IMG/VR virus record: IMGVR_UViG_3300019373_000295
DNA length: 20,000 bases
Strand: one strand, 5' to 3'
Source: an uncultured virus (IMG/VR IMGVR_UViG_3300019373_000295)
Taxonomy: Duplodnaviria > Heunggongvirae > Uroviricota > Caudoviricetes
Part shown: positions 14,145 to 20,000 of the stretch, in pieces
Position numbering within the stretch: position 1 is the stretch's first letter
Layout: every line of letters begins with the position of its first letter
Position numbers and translations under genes: made by a program
The notes under the pieces: model-generated
The model's database searches: none
Told to the model about the DNA's origin: nothing
The model's input: the letters and a program-made list of their open reading frames with translations, nothing else

Positions 14145-16598
14145 TCATTCTTCCTCTATTCCGTACCTTCTTCTTAGCTGGCTCTGTGTCTGTGAATCGA
14201 AGTCGAGCATATCCAGTTCAAACTGTCTGCCGTCATTCAGTTTTTTGAAGCCCTGCTCCGTAAGGATATCGTTGCCGCGCTCGATCGTCATATTTCTGTC
14301 GCTCAGCAGATGCAGATAGATCGGGTCTGCACCGTAATAGCTGAGATGCAGTCCTGCCAGCTCGATCAGGCGAAGGCTGACGCCGATATCCAGTTTCAGG
14401 CTGATACAGATACCGACAACATGACGCTTCAGCATGATCTCCCTTTTCAGCCATTTCTGAAACGCCTGCCGCGATACGCCCATGTGGGATGCCAGTGTTG
14501 TCTGAGAAACACCCAGTTCATCGAGCACCATCTGAAGTGCGTCATGGAACGTGCCGTGAAGTGCGCCTGCCAGTGCGCCCCAACGTGCCGCACTTTCAGA
14601 AAATGCGTTGTTTTCAGCCTGATAGCCTTCCTCTCCGGGTTCACTGACAAGCTCCACTGTATTATATTTTCCGTTGCCGTTTTTCTTGGTACGCGCCGCA
14701 GAACCGCCTGCGTATTGGAATGTGATCTTCCTGCGTTTCGGTCTGAACGCCAGACAGCATTCATCAATGTGTGCATGGGCATATTCTGTCAGCCGCTGCA
14801 TCCCATTGGGTGCGGTTTCAATATAGCGGGAATCGTTGAGAACGTAGTGTCCCTCCAGATAGACATATCTGCCGCTGAGCAGCACGCTTGCAAATCGCTC
14901 TGAGGAGCTGATGAGTGCGATCGCATCCTGCCTGTCGATCGTGTATATCACATTGCTGTACCATACGCCGCTGGCAGCATGATCCGGCACCCGCTCCTTA
15001 TTGCCGATGAAGTTCCAGATTCCCTCAACCTCGGTGATTCCGATCTCCTTCATGCGAATCTTCGTCATCTGCATGGAGGCACCGTATATTTTGGTCAGGA
15101 TACCGAGCATCCACATGAGTGCGCGGGGTGATCTGTCATTCCCGGTGCGTTCAAACATGCGCTCACACTCATTGCAGAAAGTTCCTTCCTCCATCATCAC
15201 ATATGCAGTGAGCTTCTCGTCCTGCTTTTCCATTTCAGCGATCAGTTCCATTCCATCATACTGAACGTCCTGTTCTTTTCTCAGCCAACTGCTCGTTCTG
15301 TCGATGAAATTGTAACTCGGTACGCCCGCCATCAGCTGCAGCATAAAGAACGGCAGATCCACATACACATGGACACACTCGTGAATGATGGTTGCCAAAA
15401 CATCTGAAGGCCGCAGCATCTCATCCAGATTGATGATGATATCTCCGGCCTTGCATTTGAGAAGATCGCCGCTGCTGTCCGGTATTTCCATATCCGAAAA
15501 GATGATGCGGCCCTTTATACCCTCTCCTTTTCCAAGATGCTCCTTGCGCAGACGCAGCTTCATGCGGCTGTATCGCTTTTTCAGCCATCTGCTCAGTCTC
15601 TGCACCAGAACCTCACCGTCAATTTTAGTCGGTGCTTTCAGTGCTTCGGGATAAATATCCTTCAGCATTTTTGCAGCAAGTGCCGGAAAATCCCTGTATG
15701 AAATATTCGGCCTGAGTATCTTGTTGGTCGGCCATGTCTGCTGCCGCGTGATCGCGTCCTCCGGAAAATACTGAACGGGTGCCAGTATCGGCCCGCTGCA
15801 GGTCTTCTGACCGTTCCTCCCGTAAAGATCGAAGGTGTATCGAAAACGATAATCGATTGTCCTGTGAGAATCCCGATACACATACAGCGTTTGTTCACCG
15901 CCGCCCTGCGCCATCGGTACTTTCAGCGTAAAATCACCGCTGACGATCACATCCACGATGAAGTTGTCCAGTCTCTGTTCCCACGAGCTTTCCACACGCT
16001 TCACGCAGCAGCCATCGTAGCTGACAAGAACGGCATCTGTGATATCGAGTGCGTTTACAATATCCGAAGGACAGGTGTCTGTCAGGTACCGGAGCGCTTC
16101 TCCGAAGTCCTCATGCAGGTTATTCTGCAGCACATCCAAGACTGTATGGACTCTGCGGGTGCTGTCTGCTTCAATATTGATATCCGGTGTAGATGTTGGC
16201 ATCATCACAAGTGAACGTCTGCCGTTCATCTCCACTACGGTCGAGGTATATCCCTCACTGTAACCGAGATTCAGCCCTCTGCTGGGCGGTGTGTAAAGCC
16301 CTGCAATGCCGAAACCGCTCATGCCGCTATGGAGCGCATAAAAGCATTCAAGCTCTTCGCGTTCTTGCGGTGTACAGGTACGGCGGTAATAATCAAATTC
16401 CTCCCTTGTGACGTACATTCCGATCGCCATTCTGATGCGGATGTTTTCTCTGTTCATGCGCGGCTTTTGCTTCGAGCTGCGTTTGCGCTTCTGTTTTGCC
16501 TTTTCTTCCTGCTCGATGATATCCAGTATATCCGGATACCGATAGTCATCCGTCCTTCCGTCCAAGTTCTCGAACCAGTAATAATCACTTGATCTCAT
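14145..16598 (-). CDS. Large ImmA/IrrE-like zinc metallopeptidase domain + C-terminal XRE HTH regulator (~817 aa)
   Basis: TIIHECVH HEXXH with downstream E (EKQDEKLTAYVMM), preceded by IKGRIIF...GDIIIN; C-terminal LGVSQTTLASHMGVSRQAFQKWL HTH; start set to ATG 16598 with AGGGGG RBS (uncertain). Confidence 0.75.
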   Translation of the reverse strand: MRSSDYYWFENLDGRTDDYRYPDILDIIEQEEKAKQKRKRSSKQKPRMNRENIRIRMAIGMYVTREEFDYYRRTCTPQEREELECFYALHSGMSGFGIAGLYTPPSRGLNLGYSEGYTSTVVEMNGRRSLVMMPTSTPDINIEADSTRRVHTVLDVLQNNLHEDFGEALRYLTDTCPSDIVNALDITDAVLVSYDGCCVKRVESSWEQRLDNFIVDVIVSGDFTLKVPMAQGGGEQTLYVYRDSHRTIDYRFRYTFDLYGRNGQKTCSGPILAPVQYFPEDAITRQQTWPTNKILRPNISYRDFPALAAKMLKDIYPEALKAPTKIDGEVLVQRLSRWLKKRYSRMKLRLRKEHLGKGEGIKGRIIFSDMEIPDSSGDLLKCKAGDIIINLDEMLRPSDVLATIIHECVHVYVDLPFFMLQLMAGVPSYNFIDRTSSWLRKEQDVQYDGMELIAEMEKQDEKLTAYVMMEEGTFCNECERMFERTGNDRSPRALMWMLGILTKIYGASMQMTKIRMKEIGITEVEGIWNFIGNKERVPDHAASGVWYSNVIYTIDRQDAIALISSSERFASVLLSGRYVYLEGHYVLNDSRYIETAPNGMQRLTEYAHAHIDECCLAFRPKRRKITFQYAGGSAARTKKNGNGKYNTVELVSEPGEEGYQAENNAFSESAARWGALAGALHGTFHDALQMVLDELGVSQTTLASHMGVSRQAFQKWLKREIMLKRHVVGICISLKLDIGVSLRLIELAGLHLSYYGADPIYLHLLSDRNMTIERGNDILTEQGFKKLNDGRQFELDMLDFDSQTQSQLRRRYGIEEE

Positions 16599-16777
16599 AT
16601 ATTCCCCCTGTTTACTGTTATGATCCTGTGTCTCCCGATACATTCTCTTGTTCTGCACATCTGTAGTTTTAACAGCAGTAAATACCTCTGGCGAAGGCGG
16701 GGCTGCAAACATAAGGCTTACGAAGTGCGGATATCTGTATAAGTCATTAAGCCTGACCAAGCTGCCGCATTCATACA

Positions 16778-16790
16778 GCACAAACGTTCG
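16778..16790 (-). promoter_or_regulatory. Probable LexA (SOS/Cheo) box
   Basis: Minus strand CGAAC-GTTT-GTGC versus Firmicutes GAAC-N4-GTTC (1 mismatch), just downstream of the leftward -10. Confidence 0.5.
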
Positions 16791-16808
16791 CTTGTCTGTT
16801 TACTCTCC

Positions 16809-16837
16809 ATTATACACCACAGTGCAGCTCCTGTCAA
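16809..16837 (-). promoter_or_regulatory. Consensus sigmaA promoter (leftward)
   Basis: Minus strand TTGACA-17 nt-TATAAT (plus strand tgtcaa 16832-16837, attata 16809-16814). Confidence 0.85.
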
Positions 16838-16872
16838 GAGGTTTTGCAAACATTTTATTTTCTTTTCAGCTA

Positions 16873-16901
16873 TTGACAGAAAAGATATTGTGTGCTATAA
16901 T
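16873..16901 (+). promoter_or_regulatory. Consensus sigmaA promoter with extended -10 (rightward)
   Basis: TTGACA (16873-16878)-17 nt-TATAAT (16896-16901), TG at 16893-16894. Confidence 0.88.
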
Positions 16902-17034
16902 ATAGCCAAAGAGTATTCTGCCTACAGGATAAGTATACCTATGCGATGCATGAAGGCAGCTTTTATTGAGAAACGAATACGGCCGCTTGGCATGAGATCA
17001 CAGCGGTGCTATCATTTGAACGGAGGATGTTGTT

Positions 17035-18003
17035 ATGAGTACCGATGATAAGAAGGTCAAACGAACAACAAGTAAAGTGACACGAGCCGGAGCGAATGCC
17101 GTTCCCCAGAAAGCGGCAAATGCGGGGCTGACAACAAATGCGCAGCTTCATATGACTGATTCTGTCATCGGGAAGGCTTCTGATGAGCGTACTGCTGAAT
17201 CTGTCAGATTCGGGCCTGCGATCAAGGCATTCAGAGCAAAGGCAGGGCTCTCACAGGCAGAACTTGCTGATATCGTTCATGTCAGCCGCAATACGGTCGT
17301 GAAGTGGGAAAATGACGGATACAAGCCAGATCATGACACGATCGTTGAATTGTGTAAAATTCTCGGTATGTCGCTGGATGACCTTTACGGCATTGCGACA
17401 ACTGCGGTGACACAGCAGGAGCTGAAGATGCTGCGGGAATACCGCCTCATCAGTCCTGTCGGGCAGAAGGTCATCGAAAAAATGATTTTTCATATGCTTG
17501 ATGAGGAGCTGAAAGCGAAGGACGAACTGATGAAAGCATCCTTTGCACTGTTCGAGACACCCTGTACAAGAGCAGCGGCTGGCTCCGGTACCCCCTACTC
17601 CGATGAGGAAATGACATACTGCTTTATGAGGAAAACCGACAGGAACCGTCTTGCAGATGCTGTGGTCGGTGTTGTCGGAGACAGTATGCTGCCAGTCTAC
17701 CACGACGGTGACAGTGTCTACATTGAATACTGCGAGGACGCTTATCCAGGAGAGGATGTGGTCTGCAACACACCAGATGGTCTGATCATCAAGCGGCTTT
17801 CCGCCGACCACAGGCTGTTCTCTGTGAATCCGAAGATTCCGTACTCTGAAAAGGATGATGGATATACGATTCAGATCGTGGGGCGTGTATTGGGCATTGC
17901 AGAGACATCCGACTTCCCGGCTGACGGAGAGGATAAGATTCTGGAAAATTTGTTTGACAGAGAGATTGGTCTGTTCAAGCAGGAACACCATATGTATGAC
18001 TGA
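17035..18003 (+). CDS. CI/LexA-like repressor: XRE HTH + S24 peptidase
   Basis: [29 protein letters not shown] cleavage site, catalytic Ser in GDSM and Lys in IIKRL; GGAGGA RBS. Confidence 0.9.
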   Translation: MSTDDKKVKRTTSKVTRAGANAVPQKAANAGLTTNAQLHMTDSVIGKASDERTAESVRFGPAIKAFRAKAGLSQAELADIVHVSRNTVVKWENDGYKPDHDTIVELCKILGMSLDDLYGIATTAVTQQELKMLREYRLISPVGQKVIEKMIFHMLDEELKAKDELMKASFALFETPCTRAAAGSGTPYSDEEMTYCFMRKTDRNRLADAVVGVVGDSMLPVYHDGDSVYIEYCEDAYPGEDVVCNTPDGLIIKRLSADHRLFSVNPKIPYSEKDDGYTIQIVGRVLGIAETSDFPADGEDKILENLFDREIGLFKQEHHMYD

Positions 18004-18013
18004 GGGCAAATAA

Positions 18014-18571
18014 ATGGCAAAACTGATATTCAGATACGGTGCGATGGGCAGTTCAAAGACAGCCAATGCACTGATGGTGCGATATAACTACTATGAGCGC
18101 GATAAGAAGGTCGTACTGCTGAAGCCGCGATGCGAGGACAGGGACGGCGCAAAAGTTATAAAGTCCCGTATCGGACTGGAGGAACCCTGTGAATTTGCAG
18201 AGGAGTTTCTTGAAAACTATAGCGGTGAGCATTATGACTGCATTATCGTTGACGAAGTGCAGTTCCTTGCACCGGAGATCATTGACAGGCTCAGTGATCT
18301 TGTCGATACCTACGGCATAACCGTTATCTGCTACGGCCTGCGGACGGACTTCCAGAGTCATTTGTTTCCCGGCGCACAGCGGCTTATGGAGCTTGCAGAC
18401 GATATTGAGCAGATACGGACGATATGCTGGTGCGGCAAGCGGGCGCATTTCAATGCAAGGCTGCTGAACGGTGAGATGGTCACAGTGGGCGAACAGGTAC
18501 AGCTCGGCGGCAACGAGAGTTATATCTCGCTTTGCAGAAAACATTATAAGGAAAAACAAGTAAAACAGTAA
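18014..18571 (+). CDS. tdk: Thymidine kinase
   Basis: P-loop GAMGSSKT, KSRIG, DEVQF, YGLRTDF, zinc site CWCG...CRKHY. Confidence 0.95.
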   Translation: MAKLIFRYGAMGSSKTANALMVRYNYYERDKKVVLLKPRCEDRDGAKVIKSRIGLEEPCEFAEEFLENYSGEHYDCIIVDEVQFLAPEIIDRLSDLVDTYGITVICYGLRTDFQSHLFPGAQRLMELADDIEQIRTICWCGKRAHFNARLLNGEMVTVGEQVQLGGNESYISLCRKHYKEKQVKQ

Positions 18572-18607
18572 TTTCATAATCATGCATACAGAATAGGGTG
18601 ATAAGAT

Positions 18608-19666
18608 ATGAAAATAGTTGTAACGATAAAAAGCTTTGATGATGAAATGAGTCAATTTGACGATTTTATACCTTCACTTTCGGAATCAATGAAAAGCCTG
18701 ATAGATCAGATTCTTGAAATGGATAATCCACCAATTAATATTGAGGGGCTAAACTCAATTCATTTTACTAATGATTATCTAAATGAATTGTTCGCTTTTC
18801 AGAAATCAGTCGGTCATAATACATTTGCAACAAGAAATAAAATAGCTGGTGGGCATGCTCAAGTTGTCTGTGTCGAAGAAGGAGAAGGCAAACCTGATGA
18901 TATTGGATATCATATTTTTATTGACAAAAAAATACCTCTGACAATCCTGATTGGCCAATTAACCGAGAATAATACAGAGATAACAGATGAAAGTAGTATC
19001 ACCATAGCTCGGAATTCTAAAAATGAATTCATTCGAATGATAAAGCATGAACTGGCACATGTTGAAGATGAAAATAATCAAAAACGATGGGAATGGTTAG
19101 ATGCAATGTATTCAGTAAAGGATCTTCAAAATGGATTAAGGCAGAATGCATTGCGATTTTGGGAAGAATACTATGCATGTAAAAGATCAAATTTTATATA
19201 CGATGCAGATATTGCCGTACAAGATATTAAGTCGCTATTAAACAACTTAGAAACAGCTGAAAAAGAGATTTGCGATTTGCGTTGGAAATATAATAAAATG
19301 GAAATATCTCTTGATGACTTTGTTGCAAGATTCCATGATTATATCAAAACGGCTTTAATTTATTGCTGTTACTTTATGGGGCATATGAACCTGATGTATG
19401 AGCAAATGAAAGGCGTAATTGAAGCAAACATGTTTCCATCACGTTTTTATTGCTTTGTACCGGAGATATGGAGCGAACTTCGAAGAATAGACGAAACTTA
19501 TCCAGAATGGAAAGGTCCTGAAATATTAGATGGTATTTCAGTGATACTTATTAAGTGTATTAATTCATTCGAAATATACCTTACAGAAGAAGAAAATGGC
19601 ATAAGATATGACATCCCGGTTTGTAAATTGAAAACTAGACGCGAGGAAAGTCAGGCCGAAGAATAA
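18608..19666 (+). CDS. AT-rich hypothetical protein with HEXXH zincin-like motif
   Basis: 352-aa ORF, visibly lower GC than flanks; MIKHELAHVED with downstream FWEEYYA. Confidence 0.75.
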   Translation: MKIVVTIKSFDDEMSQFDDFIPSLSESMKSLIDQILEMDNPPINIEGLNSIHFTNDYLNELFAFQKSVGHNTFATRNKIAGGHAQVVCVEEGEGKPDDIGYHIFIDKKIPLTILIGQLTENNTEITDESSITIARNSKNEFIRMIKHELAHVEDENNQKRWEWLDAMYSVKDLQNGLRQNALRFWEEYYACKRSNFIYDADIAVQDIKSLLNNLETAEKEICDLRWKYNKMEISLDDFVARFHDYIKTALIYCCYFMGHMNLMYEQMKGVIEANMFPSRFYCFVPEIWSELRRIDETYPEWKGPEILDGISVILIKCINSFEIYLTEEENGIRYDIPVCKLKTRREESQAEE

Positions 19667-19706
19667 TACTGTAAAGTTTTTATATTGCATTAAAGGGGGC
19701 GGTGGC

Positions 19707-20000
19707 ATGAAACAGCCGGTAATACGGATGGAGCGAAAATATGTCAAGGTCAATTCCGATTTCGATGCCACAGGCTATATGCAGCCGAGAACGATCACAT
19801 GGGAGGACGGACGAGTATTCAGAATCGAAGCGGTCAAAGATTTCAGGCCTGCCGGTGCGAACCATGACAGCCTGACCTGCGGCTGCTATACGGTCGTTAT
19901 AAAGGGAGAGCTCAAGTATCTCTTCTTTGAAAAAGCGAATACCCATCATGTCAGCAGTGTCGGCAGATGGTATGTGGAGTGTCCAGTCGTGATACAATAA
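19707..20000 (+). CDS. Small conserved Clostridia protein of the type often found beside Y-family (DinB/UmuC-like) polymerases
   Basis: KYVKVNSDFDATG..P..ITWEDGRVFRIE...YTVVIKG..KYLFFE...RWYVE pattern recognised by eye; AAGGGGG RBS. Confidence 0.6.
   Translation: MKQPVIRMERKYVKVNSDFDATGYMQPRTITWEDGRVFRIEAVKDFRPAGANHDSLTCGCYTVVIKGELKYLFFEKANTHHVSSVGRWYVECPVVIQ

Larger units (their letters stand above)
1..20000. mobile_element. Prophage (or phage-derived integrative element) immunity and replication region; ends not in window
   Basis: Co-oriented DUF2800-DUF2815-PolA-VRR-NUC-SNF2-primase module typical of Firmicutes temperate phages, divergent CI-like repressor; no integrase, att site or structural genes visible. 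Confidence 0.85.

Noticed and set aside
16599..16781. N-terminal extension of the 878-aa ORF
   Set aside because: The upstream start has no RBS and overlaps the putative LexA box; ATG 16598 has a better RBS
17251..18655. Minus-strand ORFs of 271 and 200 aa
   Set aside because: Antisense to the repressor and tdk; no recognisable features

Overview
The window is the immunity/early/replication region of a temperate Firmicutes (Clostridia-like) prophage or phage-derived element. Two back-to-back, perfect-consensus sigmaA promoters at ~16.8-16.9 kb split it. Rightward: CI-like XRE-S24 repressor, thymidine kinase, an AT-rich HEXXH protein and a small conserved protein. Leftward: a large ImmA/IrrE-type HEXXH + HTH protein (with a probable LexA box), a terminator, and a ~830-bp non-coding region containing operators, a promoter and a ~500-nt highly structured leader. 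These are followed by a sigma70-region-4 protein and a replication operon (DUF2800 Cas4-like nuclease, DUF2815 SSB, family A polymerase, DUF932, VRR-NUC, SNF2 helicase, orphan MazF/PemK, primase-polymerase/SF3 helicase), an origin-like inverted repeat and a phage SAM synthetase. The most notable non-coding signals are the structured leader and a 38-bp near-perfect repeat found right after the sigma gene and again 12.5 kb away after metK. Together these suggest a multi-tier cascade (SOS -> peptidase-HTH regulator -> RNA attenuator -> phage sigma -> dedicated promoters). All family calls are from motif recognition by eye; no database searches were run.
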